Assembly: GCA_030695905.1 (NCBI GenBank)
Contig: JAUYOL010000036.1
Span: 54,814 to 118,813, forward strand
Direction of reading: 5' to 3'
Origin: Candidatus Omnitrophota bacterium
Lineage (GTDB): Bacteria; Omnitrophota; Gorgyraeia; 2-01-FULL-45-10
Length of the DNA stretch: 64,000 nucleotides
This document shows, piece after piece, positions 20,642 through 29,991 of this stretch. The notes below the pieces were generated by a model that saw only the letters and a program-made list of their open reading frames with translations, was not told the DNA's origin and searched no databases. The position numbers were made by a program, and so were the translations under genes. Within the stretch, counting starts at the first letter, position 1. Every line of letters begins with the position of its first letter.

Positions 20642-22134
20642 TTTGTAAAATATTTATCCTGATAAATCTTCTTAAGCATATTGAACATGCGGTTGCCCTC
20701 ATCGTCAAACTTTTCAGCTCTCTTTATCTGCTGCCAATATTCCTTCGGCATGCGGGCATATAAAGCAAACGTCCTTTGCAGTCCCCTTACCTCTTCTTTG
20801 GATAATTGAGGCATATCCAATGACACGTCTACGTTGATAGAGCCGGGGGTAAAACCCTCAGATATAAAGCCCTTTTCAACACAAAGTTTATACAAGGGTG
20901 TGCCGTGAAAAGGGGCGAAAGTAGCGGCATTTACAGTATCAAAAACAAGCTGACGGTTCAATCCAATAGTATCAAAAATCAGCTCCCGGGTTTCACCGGG
21001 GAATCCTATTATATTATTAACCGTTAAGGGTATTCCGACGTCGGCTATTATCTTCGATGCCTTTATCATCTTATCATTATCGAATCTTTTCTTTAGCACC
21101 TTCTTCCGAAACTCATCATTGCCGTGCTCGAGCCCCATGGACATGCGGTGGCACCCCACCTCTTTAAGTTTTTTTATCTTGTATTTAGTAATCACCTCGA
21201 CTCGTGACTGCATCCAAAAAGGCAGTTTTATATCCGCATAAAAATCGATAAATTCTTCAAACTCATCATCGGTAAGAGTTAAAAAAGTATCGGAAGCAAA
21301 ATAAACATATTCAGCATTCCATTTCTTTACCAAATACTGCACTTCTTCCTTGATCTTCTTCATGGATTTTTTCCTGAAAAATACTCCGGCATCACTGTCA
21401 CGATACAGCTGTGAAGTCGACGGAGAATTACAAAAAGTGCAGGAATACGGACATCCCCTGTTAGTTTCTATCGGTATTGTCAAATATACCTTGCCTGCCA
21501 TGGGGCGGAAAAATCTCTGCTTCTCAAATAAGTCGTAATCGGGAATTGGCAGCCCGTTCAGATCTATGGGCTTTTTTAATTTATTGACTATTATCCTGCC
21601 GTCTTTTTTGATGACCAGGTTCTCTACGCCAAAACAATCTTTGCCTTCCGACAAACGCTTGCACACCTCAATCAGGGCGTCTTCTCCTTCACCGCGGCAT
21701 ACCATGCTAATATTTTTGTTTGACAGGATAATTTCCGGCGCAAAAGTAGCGAATACCCCGCCGGCAAGAACAGGGATATCAAATCTTTCAATGGCTTTTA
21801 TCATGCGAAGAGCGATCGGATATGTGCATTCCAGGATAGAAATGGTAATCAGGTCCGGCTTAAAATCCTGCACTTTTTTGACAAGATCGTCTTCAAAGAG
21901 CCCTTCATTAAGCCTTACGTCTCTTTCTCCATAATCAAAAGGACGGACCTGAAGATTTTCCTGCTTGGCATCATCCGATCCCCTCTCTTTTTTGTCGGCA
22001 TAAAAAGTAGTATCAAACAAGTCCGCTTCAAAACCATTTTGCTTGAGTAAAGCTGTAAATATGCCGATAGAGATCGGCGGCGGATTTAAAAGTTTACCGT
22101 TGGGATATAAAAGCAAAGCTTTAAAAGGTTTCAT
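20638..22134 (-). CDS. Cobalamin-binding radical SAM protein
   Basis: PPISIG, GGVFAT, NRGCPYSCTFC, GLEHG. Confidence 0.92.
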   Translation of the reverse strand: MKPFKALLLYPNGKLLNPPPISIGIFTALLKQNGFEADLFDTTFYADKKERGSDDAKQENLQVRPFDYGERDVRLNEGLFEDDLVKKVQDFKPDLITISILECTYPIALRMIKAIERFDIPVLAGGVFATFAPEIILSNKNISMVCRGEGEDALIEVCKRLSEGKDCFGVENLVIKKDGRIIVNKLKKPIDLNGLPIPDYDLFEKQRFFRPMAGKVYLTIPIETNRGCPYSCTFCNSPSTSQLYRDSDAGVFFRKKSMKKIKEEVQYLVKKWNAEYVYFASDTFLTLTDDEFEEFIDFYADIKLPFWMQSRVEVITKYKIKKLKEVGCHRMSMGLEHGNDEFRKKVLKKRFDNDKMIKASKIIADVGIPLTVNNIIGFPGETRELIFDTIGLNRQLVFDTVNAATFAPFHGTPLYKLCVEKGFISEGFTPGSINVDVSLDMPQLSKEEVRGLQRTFALYARMPKEYWQQIKRAEKFDDEGNRMFNMLKKIYQDKYFTK

Positions 22135-22951
22135 ATTTTAAGTTGGTTTTACCCAGCATGCCGTATTTCTCCGGCATCAGGACGTTAAAAGGTATATGTA
22201 TTATATCTATAACCGGATCGACCGACCTTACAAACTCGTGTATTTGGGCCAGATTACCGGGAGTATCAGTGACTTTTGGAATCAGGGGCACCCTTACGGA
22301 TACATGTTTCTTTGCCTCATGCAAACGCCTAAAATTATCCAAAATACATCCGTTTGACCTGCCTGTATATTTTTCATGAAGCTCGGGATCGATAAATTTC
22401 AGATCAAACAGGAAAAGATCGACAAAAGGCAAAATTTTCATGAAGGCTTCGGGCTCGGAATAACCGCTGGTATCCAAGGCCACGTTTATTCCGTTTTTCT
22501 CCGCAAGACTTGCCAATTCACAGGAAAAGTCTATCTGAAACAGCGGTTCGCCCCCGGAAATCGTTACCCCTCCTCCGGACATCTCATAATAACTTTTATC
22601 GCTAAGCGCCTGATGAATAATCTCCTCGGCTGGCAATTCCATGCCTGACCATAAAAGCGCTTTCAAACTGCAATTATTGACACACAAACCGCAACGATCG
22701 CAATCATCGCTTTTAAAAACAATCTTATCCTGCCAGTCAAAACATTTTTTCGAACAAAGCTCCACGCATCTGCGGCACCCTGCGCAACGCTCGCGCAAAA
22801 ACAAGACCTCGGAAAACCGCGGGATATTTTCCGGATTATGGCACCAGACACAATTAAGGGGGCAGCCTTTTAAAAAAATCGTGGTACGGATGCCCGGCCC
22901 GTCATGCAGGGAAAACTTTTGTACCCTGGTAATAAAACCTTTTGCGCTCAT
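22121..22951 (-). CDS. Glycyl-radical enzyme activating enzyme
   Basis: HDGPGIRT, GCPLNCVWCHNPE, ferredoxin-like insert (CAGCRRCVELC, CDRCGLCVNNC), SGGEP. Confidence 0.95.
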   Translation of the reverse strand: MSAKGFITRVQKFSLHDGPGIRTTIFLKGCPLNCVWCHNPENIPRFSEVLFLRERCAGCRRCVELCSKKCFDWQDKIVFKSDDCDRCGLCVNNCSLKALLWSGMELPAEEIIHQALSDKSYYEMSGGGVTISGGEPLFQIDFSCELASLAEKNGINVALDTSGYSEPEAFMKILPFVDLFLFDLKFIDPELHEKYTGRSNGCILDNFRRLHEAKKHVSVRVPLIPKVTDTPGNLAQIHEFVRSVDPVIDIIHIPFNVLMPEKYGMLGKTNLKYETF

Positions 22952-24933
22952 TGCGCCCTCGCTATCACATGGTCCTGCATTTCTTTGCTTAACAAGACAA
23001 AGTAGTAAGAAAAACCCCAGACGCGGACGATAAGGTCTTTGTATCTATCGGGATGCTTTTGCGCGTCTAAAAGCTTTTGTTTATCCAAAATATTAATATT
23101 TAAAACACACCCCCCTTTTTGGCAAAACACTTTAACCAGAGATATCAGGATGCTCTCAGGATGCTCGATCTCTTTGAAAACCGTAAGCGGCAGATTTAAA
23201 TGTAAAGTCGACCCAAATACCTGTTCACTTAAATTTAATTTACAAACGGAATTTATCACAGCGGTCGGACCTTTAAGAGCCGTACCGGGAGTAGGTGATA
23301 TATGCTCCCCCACCAAAGAGCCGAATTCGCGACCGTCAGGCGTTGCGCCGACGCTATACGCCGTATGATTGAATAAATGATTATAAAGCCCCGGCAAGAT
23401 TGGCCGTCCCGTGCGATCCTTATGCTCCTGCACCCATAAAGCGAATTTTCCGGCGATATCAACTGCCAGTTTATCCACGAAATCGTCATCATTACCGAAC
23501 TTAGGGGCGCCCTTGCAAAGACCCTGCAAAACGCGATAATCCTGAAAATTATTACGCAGGGCCGAAAGAAGGTCTTCCCGGCAAATATTCTTTTTGTCAT
23601 AGATTAAATATTTGACCGCCGCTAAGCTATTTACGGCCGTACCCAATGAACCTATGAAAAGCCCGTAAGTGTGATAACAGGACGGGTTTCTATATGGTTC
23701 CGTGGCATTTTCCAGAACATCAGGCATTGTTGCGGCGGTGAATAAACGCATGGGGTAAGCATCGCTGTTATAAGGGTCTTTAAGCATGACCCTTATCTGA
23801 TATTTTATCTGTTTTAAATAAGCCTCATAGAATTCATCGAAGCTTTCCATTTTTAAAAAATCGCCTGTGCTCAGCCCTTTTCTAATAGGCGATCCTACAT
23901 CAATTGAATCCTGCATCGAAGAATAATACTGCATCTTCTTTTTATCGGGAATATTCTCCGCACCATTAAACAGAACATGTTCGACGGCTTTAACGCAATC
24001 TATGTAACGAAACCAGGTCTCTCCGCACCCGTCGAGGATTATTTCAGAACAGCCGTCGTTACAATAGTTATAAGCGATTTTCTCAGGACGGCCGCATAGC
24101 TTTAATCCCTTAATAATAAAGTCGTCGTTAAATACGGTACATATGCCCCTGCCGGTAAGCTGCAGGCGAGCAACAAGTTCCAGCAGTCTCGGCGTACTAT
24201 TCTTGTGTAAACGAACATTAATTTTTGGCTCGATGTATTTGTTGATGATCATGGATTCCAGAATGATGTAGCTGATGTCATTAGTCTGGTCGTTGCCATC
24301 TGCATCCTGCCCTGAAAGCATAATATTCTGTAAGGTGTCGCCTACCCCCGATCCGCGTTTTTCAAAACGAAACAAAAGTTCATCCACGATCTTTTTTGCT
24401 TCGTGGCAGGTAAGGATATTTCTTCCGACGTCATTCTTATAAAAATGGAAAAGATGCTGATCTGTGCGCCCGACAGTAGAAGTTCCTATCCGGAAGATCA
24501 CGGCAAACCAGTAAAGCTGACATGCCTCGAGGAACGTCTGTGGGGCCCTTTCAGTCAAAGCAACACAAGTCTTATGGATTTCTTTTAACCCGAGTTTTTG
24601 CGCAGCCAAAGAGAATTTTTTCACGATCTCGATCACGGCCGAATAAACCTGTGCTATAAGCAACAGGTATTCCTTCTCATTGCCATTGAATTTTTGGGCA
24701 TTGTCTAAAGCCTCTTTTTTAATTCCGGCAAATCCCAGAGAAAGAAGCCTGCGCATGCCCAGCGGGTAATGAAAGTTATCATGGTTGCGCGGCCAGACCG
24801 GATAAGGGGGAGAAACAAATGGACCGGCCAGATAAGAATCTGGGCCGACGTCTATCCCGATCTTATTAAGCCAGTCGAGATACATCTCATTATCCTTTTT
24901 AATAGTTTGGATGACAGTATTTGTTATAGGCAT
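22948..24933 (-). CDS. Glycyl radical enzyme (PFL superfamily, CxE type), compact
   Basis: NDGCSE Cys loop, PKFGNDD, GATPDGR, C-terminal LIVRVWGFS glycyl loop. ATG at 24933 preferred; the ORF extends to 24960. Confidence 0.92.
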   Translation of the reverse strand: MPITNTVIQTIKKDNEMYLDWLNKIGIDVGPDSYLAGPFVSPPYPVWPRNHDNFHYPLGMRRLLSLGFAGIKKEALDNAQKFNGNEKEYLLLIAQVYSAVIEIVKKFSLAAQKLGLKEIHKTCVALTERAPQTFLEACQLYWFAVIFRIGTSTVGRTDQHLFHFYKNDVGRNILTCHEAKKIVDELLFRFEKRGSGVGDTLQNIMLSGQDADGNDQTNDISYIILESMIINKYIEPKINVRLHKNSTPRLLELVARLQLTGRGICTVFNDDFIIKGLKLCGRPEKIAYNYCNDGCSEIILDGCGETWFRYIDCVKAVEHVLFNGAENIPDKKKMQYYSSMQDSIDVGSPIRKGLSTGDFLKMESFDEFYEAYLKQIKYQIRVMLKDPYNSDAYPMRLFTAATMPDVLENATEPYRNPSCYHTYGLFIGSLGTAVNSLAAVKYLIYDKKNICREDLLSALRNNFQDYRVLQGLCKGAPKFGNDDDFVDKLAVDIAGKFALWVQEHKDRTGRPILPGLYNHLFNHTAYSVGATPDGREFGSLVGEHISPTPGTALKGPTAVINSVCKLNLSEQVFGSTLHLNLPLTVFKEIEHPESILISLVKVFCQKGGCVLNINILDKQKLLDAQKHPDRYKDLIVRVWGFSYYFVLLSKEMQDHVIARAQ

Positions 24934-24950
24934 AATATTCCGATTACTAA

Positions 24951-25724
24951 TTAAGCACAAAGGTATCCGCCGTCAACCGGTATTACGGCACCGTTGAGAT
25001 AGTCGGACATCGGCGAAGATAAGAATATTACAATACCTTTTAGATCCTCGCCCTTCCCCCAGCGTCCCAGCGATATTCTTTGCAAGATCGCGGCGTTGCG
25101 TTTTTGATCCTGCTGCAGGGGCAATGTCAAATCCGTAGCCATAAAGCCCGGAGCTACAGCGTTAACATTGATGCCGTATTTGCCCAGTCCGTTGGCGAAG
25201 CTTTTAGTCAAGCCGATAATCCCGTGTTTCGACGCGACATAAGACGGCACTCTTAAACCGCCCTGAAAAGAAAGCATGGAGGCCAGATTGATAATCTTTC
25301 CGGATCTCTGTTTAATAAATATCTTAGCTGCCACCCTGGATAAATAAAACGGGACGGTTAAATTTATCTTCAGAACATCCTGCCAGTCGGTGTCGCTGAA
25401 ATCCTCTACTTCACCGCGGCGGCTTATGCCCGCGCTATTAATAAGTATATCTAAACGGGAAAATTCTTTTTTCACCTGATTTACAACCTTCTCGAGGTCT
25501 TTCTCGGATGCCTGCAAAAGGTCGACCTTGATCCGTTCGAAAACAACGCCAAGCCTTTTTCCCAGTTTAGGCAAATAGTCGTTTTCCGAGCGATCCAGGG
25601 CAACGACATCGGCCCCGGCCTCAAGCAACCCTTCGGCAATTGACCGCCCCAACCCTTTTGAGGTACCGGTTATCAAAACGACTTTCCCCTTCAAACCAAA
25701 TTTATCCAGCAACTTATTTTTCAT
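24951..25724 (-). CDS. KduD-like SDR (2-keto-3-deoxy-sugar-acid dehydrogenase family)
   Basis: TGTSKGLG, ASMLSFQGGLRVPSYVASK (KduD-like), DGGY. Confidence 0.85.
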   Translation of the reverse strand: MKNKLLDKFGLKGKVVLITGTSKGLGRSIAEGLLEAGADVVALDRSENDYLPKLGKRLGVVFERIKVDLLQASEKDLEKVVNQVKKEFSRLDILINSAGISRRGEVEDFSDTDWQDVLKINLTVPFYLSRVAAKIFIKQRSGKIINLASMLSFQGGLRVPSYVASKHGIIGLTKSFANGLGKYGINVNAVAPGFMATDLTLPLQQDQKRNAAILQRISLGRWGKGEDLKGIVIFLSSPMSDYLNGAVIPVDGGYLCA

Positions 25725-26485
25725 AGGTTCCCGTAGCTCCTAAAAAAAGGATCGTTCTCCATGATCTTCGAGACCGCCTCGCGATCCTGCGGAGTATCGA
25801 TCCCCTTAGTCTTATTGGGAGACAAGATCACCTTAACCTTGATCCCGGTTTCTATAAACCGCATCATGTCATCGGACTCGGCGATCTCCAGAGGCGTTTC
25901 TTTCATGGTTAAATACTTCAGCGCTATCTCCCTGGACAAGCCATAAAGTCCCAGCTGCTTGTAATGCCCGCGCGCCTTCCCGTAAGGGATGGGCAGGCGC
26001 GAGAAATATAGAGCAAACCCGTTTTGATCAAAAACCACCTTAACATTGTTGTAACTATTTATCTCCTCCTCGCCTTCCAAGATTTCAATAAGGTTAACGC
26101 AGAAAATGTCTTTCTCTTCAAGAAATGGTTTTACCAGTAAATCCAGCGTATCCGGGTCAAGCATGGGCTCATCGCCCTGTATGTTCAAAACAACGTCAAA
26201 AGCAATGCCGGCCTTATCCAGTTTCTGACAGGCTTCGGCAATGCGATCCGTGCAGCGCGTATGTTTGGAACTTGTCATGATCACCTTTGCGCCAAACGCC
26301 AAGGCCTTTTCTTTTATCTCGGTATCACAAGTAGCTATATAAATATCGCTGATATTTTTATTAAGCCTCGCCCGCCGCCAAACATGCTCTATCATGGTCT
26401 TGCCGCAGATATCCGCAAGAGGTTTCCCCGGGAAACGGCTTGATCCCATGCGGGCGGGGATCATAGCAATAATTTTCATAGACAA
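25721..26485 (-). CDS. kdsB: KdsB-like ulosonate cytidylyltransferase
   Basis: IPARMGSSRFPGKPL, NIQGDEP, ALYFSR, GIDTP. Confidence 0.88.
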   Translation of the reverse strand: MSMKIIAMIPARMGSSRFPGKPLADICGKTMIEHVWRRARLNKNISDIYIATCDTEIKEKALAFGAKVIMTSSKHTRCTDRIAEACQKLDKAGIAFDVVLNIQGDEPMLDPDTLDLLVKPFLEEKDIFCVNLIEILEGEEEINSYNNVKVVFDQNGFALYFSRLPIPYGKARGHYKQLGLYGLSREIALKYLTMKETPLEIAESDDMMRFIETGIKVKVILSPNKTKGIDTPQDREAVSKIMENDPFFRSYGNL

Positions 26486-27237
26486 CTCCTAATCTCCCTT
26501 AAACATTTTTTGGTATATTCGCCCAAAAAGAGAAAATCCACCCCAAAACCTATAAACTTAACCCCCTCCTTTACCCTCTCCTTGACCAAGACGGGCCGCG
26601 GCTCCACAACATGCTGGCCCATAAGATAACCAAACTTTTTTGATTTCCGATGGATCTCTTTAAGCGCAGACTTCACTCTGGTATCGGAAAAATCCCCAGG
26701 ACAGCCCAGCGAAGCGGAAAGGTCATACAGCCCTATGATAAAACCATCCACGCCTTCAACGCTCATGATCTCTTCAAGATTTTCAACGGCTTTAATATGC
26801 TCCACCTGTACAATAACAATGCTTTTTTTCTGGTTCCAGTCCCTGTACTTTTTAAAATCAAGGCTATAACCCTGCGCACGGGTGAGCCCTGCCCCTCTTG
26901 TGCCAATAGGGGGATATTTCACAGCATTGACACACTTTTGGGCGTCAGCCTTTGAATTAACAAGCGGCACCAAAACACCGTGGGCTCCGGCATCCATAAA
27001 TCTTTTAATAATATCATGATCATTCTGCCTGACCCGCACCAGTGGGGTTACCCCGCAAAGTTCGACCACCCTGATCAGTTCAGCAGCCTGGGCAAAAGAA
27101 AGCTGGCTATGCTCAGTGTCTACGACCAACCAGTCAAAACCTAACTTGGCCATGATCTCGGCAACCGCGCAGTCCGCGAGAGTAATCCATGTGCCTATCG
27201 TCACGGCGCCTTTGGCGAGCCTGTTCTTCAGATCCAT
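26476..27237 (-). CDS. HpcH/HpaI (GarL-like) pyruvate aldolase
   Basis: DWLVVDTEH, PLVR, YPPIGTRG, QVEH, GLYDLS. Confidence 0.92.
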   Translation of the reverse strand: MDLKNRLAKGAVTIGTWITLADCAVAEIMAKLGFDWLVVDTEHSQLSFAQAAELIRVVELCGVTPLVRVRQNDHDIIKRFMDAGAHGVLVPLVNSKADAQKCVNAVKYPPIGTRGAGLTRAQGYSLDFKKYRDWNQKKSIVIVQVEHIKAVENLEEIMSVEGVDGFIIGLYDLSASLGCPGDFSDTRVKSALKEIHRKSKKFGYLMGQHVVEPRPVLVKERVKEGVKFIGFGVDFLFLGEYTKKCLREIRSCL

Positions 27238-27239
27238 AT

Positions 27240-28520
27240 CTATCCCTTTCTTAGTTTTTTAAACTCATTCAAAATATCGTTTGCCATGTTTTCTATTATC
27301 GTATCCGGTTCGTTTCCGCCGGCAACCCATTTCCTGCAGAATTGGCTTATATCTTTGTGTGCGCAGCTTTTTTCCCCTCTTGCCTTTAAAAAAGCCAGAA
27401 GATCCTCATATTTATTACAGCAATTAAATCCGTCTTTAAATATATTTACAACTATACCGGCGGATTGCCAGAAATCCCCGATATCATATATAACGATCTT
27501 TCTGTGTCCTTCCGGCAAGAAGTCAAAAAACGCGCTTGTAATCATCGATATTATGAAATCTACGTGCTCTAAATAGCAGACCAGAGGGTCGTCCTCCAGG
27601 ATGTAAAAATCATTAAACCCGACTTCTCTCATTACACGCCTTATCTTATCCTCATATCGGTACCTGGGGTGCGGTTTGATCAGAAGCGCCGCATTTCCCA
27701 GCTCTTTAACGGCCCTTACGACATCGGAGATATTCCTGTATTTTTCAGCGTCAGCCCTGCCTGTTTCCAGGTTCGGGCAGATATATAATATCCTGGTTTT
27801 GGACGATACACCCATCTGCCCAATGTTCTTTCTGACATCTTCCAAAAAAACTCTCTTAATGCTTTTTTTCCAGTTTATGTCATAACGCGGATCGCCGAAG
27901 ACAAGTATCGGCGTATCCTTCTCGATATGTTCGGCGCAATATTTCTGCCTTTCATGTTCATGCGGGACATAGTACCTGTCAAAATTCAGCTGTTTTTGCT
28001 CAAGCTCCAGCGGATAACAGGGCAACCCGTTGAATATATCAAAGCTTTTAATACCCAATTCGTCCGATATTTTCTTTATATAATAACTTCCATAGGGATA
28101 ATCGACATACTTCACAAGGCTTATGGTATCAAAAAATCCAATGGCGGGCGACAGCCCTGTCAACATTTCCCTTATGAATTTTTCTGTCATCTTGAGCTTC
28201 AATAATTTCGATCGCAGGCCTATGCATTTGTTTCGGAGGAACGCGCATTTTAAATATTTAAAAAATTCCACAAAGAGGCTTATGGTTCTTAAAATTAGAT
28301 CTTTTCTCATGAAAAAGGAATAATCCATGACATTAAGTCCATAGGCCCGGATGATCTTCATCTGCGCCCTGGAAAGTCCGTCTCTATAATTATAATTCTG
28401 GTAAAACATAAGCGGCCTTGCGCCCTTCTCTTTCAAGCTTACCATAAGGGGCAGGCACCTCTCGATCCCGTTGCTTACATGGGACCAAAAAACAAAATCA
28501 CATTTTTGTTTATTTTGCAC
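27240..28520 (-). CDS. Putative GT-B transferase (possibly ulosonate- or polyol-phosphate-transferring)
   Basis: GDPRYD, IKPHPR, IISMITSAFFD; lies between wzx and the aldolase/kdsB block. Confidence 0.55.
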   Translation of the reverse strand: MQNKQKCDFVFWSHVSNGIERCLPLMVSLKEKGARPLMFYQNYNYRDGLSRAQMKIIRAYGLNVMDYSFFMRKDLILRTISLFVEFFKYLKCAFLRNKCIGLRSKLLKLKMTEKFIREMLTGLSPAIGFFDTISLVKYVDYPYGSYYIKKISDELGIKSFDIFNGLPCYPLELEQKQLNFDRYYVPHEHERQKYCAEHIEKDTPILVFGDPRYDINWKKSIKRVFLEDVRKNIGQMGVSSKTRILYICPNLETGRADAEKYRNISDVVRAVKELGNAALLIKPHPRYRYEDKIRRVMREVGFNDFYILEDDPLVCYLEHVDFIISMITSAFFDFLPEGHRKIVIYDIGDFWQSAGIVVNIFKDGFNCCNKYEDLLAFLKARGEKSCAHKDISQFCRKWVAGGNEPDTIIENMANDILNEFKKLRKG

Positions 28521-29991
28521 TTGTTTTTCTCTCGTATATGCGAAGCATATGATAAATTATGTTCGTCCTTGCATTAATATATATCAGAAATGGCAGCATA
28601 GCAATACTTAAAAGGACGCTTTTTACCAGTACGCAACCATATATATTGGGCACCTTGACAAAAAATTCCAGCAAAAGAATAACTATCGAGGAATAAATAA
28701 AAGGCGTGGTTATCTCTATAAAAAATAAAACGATCTCCTTCGGTTTCATGAAATAGCGTAGAGCGTAAACCTGTAAGAGCGAGAAATAGATTAAAGATGC
28801 TATGGAAGTTGCCCAGGCCACGCCATATATACCAAAACCCTTCCTAATCAGGATGTAATTACCGATCACGCTCACAATTATACATACCAATATCACGCCA
28901 ACAATTTTTTTATAGTCCTTGATTACTATCAGAAAATGCACCGCCTGCGGCGAGCAGGAGCGGAAAAACATATCTATCAGCAATATCTGTATTGCAAGGA
29001 TCCCAGGCGTAAATTTAGGCAAAACCAGTTTTATGAAAACCGGCGCAATAAAAAATATCAGGCCAAGCAGCAATGGCAGGATGTAAGCATTTACCTTTGG
29101 CGGTATTATCGCATATTTCTTTATATCTTCCATATTCTGCCGCTTGCCATAGTCCTTAAGAATGTAAGGATAGAGCACCGTGCCGAAACTGGAAAGCTTG
29201 GCTATGTAATTTTTGGCCATTATAGAGATACTGTAATATCCAACAAAAACAACGCCTATCATCTTAGCTATCATGATCCTGTCCACACTTATCAAAATAC
29301 CGTCCAGGAATCCAATGACCGTGATCGGAAAACCTACCTTGATCAGCTCGGGCAGGCCTCTAAAATCCATGCTCAGGCTGACTTTATATTTCACAAGCAT
29401 ATGCATAAAAATTATATTCAACGCCGACACGGCCATTATCGCCATGTACAAGCCGTAAATATTGTAATTCCTGACCAATAGCATGACTAAGATCAAATTT
29501 ATCGCCGCATCAAAAATGATCGACTTGCTCAAAGCGTTAAAATTATTCCTAGCACGTAGAAGCAGCATATAATACCCGCAAAGCCGGTCCAGTATAATGT
29601 ATACTGACAGGATAAGAAGCCCTGCCACGACCTCCGCGGGATACCTATTCCGGAAAACTATCGCGCTGACCAACAACATAAGGCTGGCCGCCAAAGAGGC
29701 CAAAAATATAAGGCTGAACGCTAGATCTTTTACGCGCTCTGCTTTTGCGCGGTTGTCCCGGCCCAGATTAAAAGGTATCTCGTAACCGGCGCCTTCCGCG
29801 ACACCCATGGATATATACGATGAATAATCAGAGATAATCTTTAAAATGCTCCAGATGCCTGTGTAAAACGGCCCCAGGAAACGGCGCATTGCAATAGAAG
29901 TAAAAAATCCTATTCCCTGCGAAACATAACGGGCAAAAGTGAGTTCAAACGTCGCCTTTATTATGGATTTTTTTGTTTCGCTCATTATCAA
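28510..29991 (-). CDS. wzx: Wzx/MOP-family oligosaccharide flippase
   Basis: About 12-14 TM helices; RRFLGP, DRIMI, VGYYS, GIYGVAWAT. Confidence 0.88.
   Translation of the reverse strand: MIMSETKKSIIKATFELTFARYVSQGIGFFTSIAMRRFLGPFYTGIWSILKIISDYSSYISMGVAEGAGYEIPFNLGRDNRAKAERVKDLAFSLIFLASLAASLMLLVSAIVFRNRYPAEVVAGLLILSVYIILDRLCGYYMLLLRARNNFNALSKSIIFDAAINLILVMLLVRNYNIYGLYMAIMAVSALNIIFMHMLVKYKVSLSMDFRGLPELIKVGFPITVIGFLDGILISVDRIMIAKMIGVVFVGYYSISIMAKNYIAKLSSFGTVLYPYILKDYGKRQNMEDIKKYAIIPPKVNAYILPLLLGLIFFIAPVFIKLVLPKFTPGILAIQILLIDMFFRSCSPQAVHFLIVIKDYKKIVGVILVCIIVSVIGNYILIRKGFGIYGVAWATSIASLIYFSLLQVYALRYFMKPKEIVLFFIEITTPFIYSSIVILLLEFFVKVPNIYGCVLVKSVLLSIAMLPFLIYINARTNIIYHMLRIYERKTSAK

Noticed and set aside
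22948-24960. Pyruvate formate-lyase
   Set aside because: It has a single-Cys GCSE loop rather than the adjacent Cys-Cys pair, and the activase has a ferredoxin insert.
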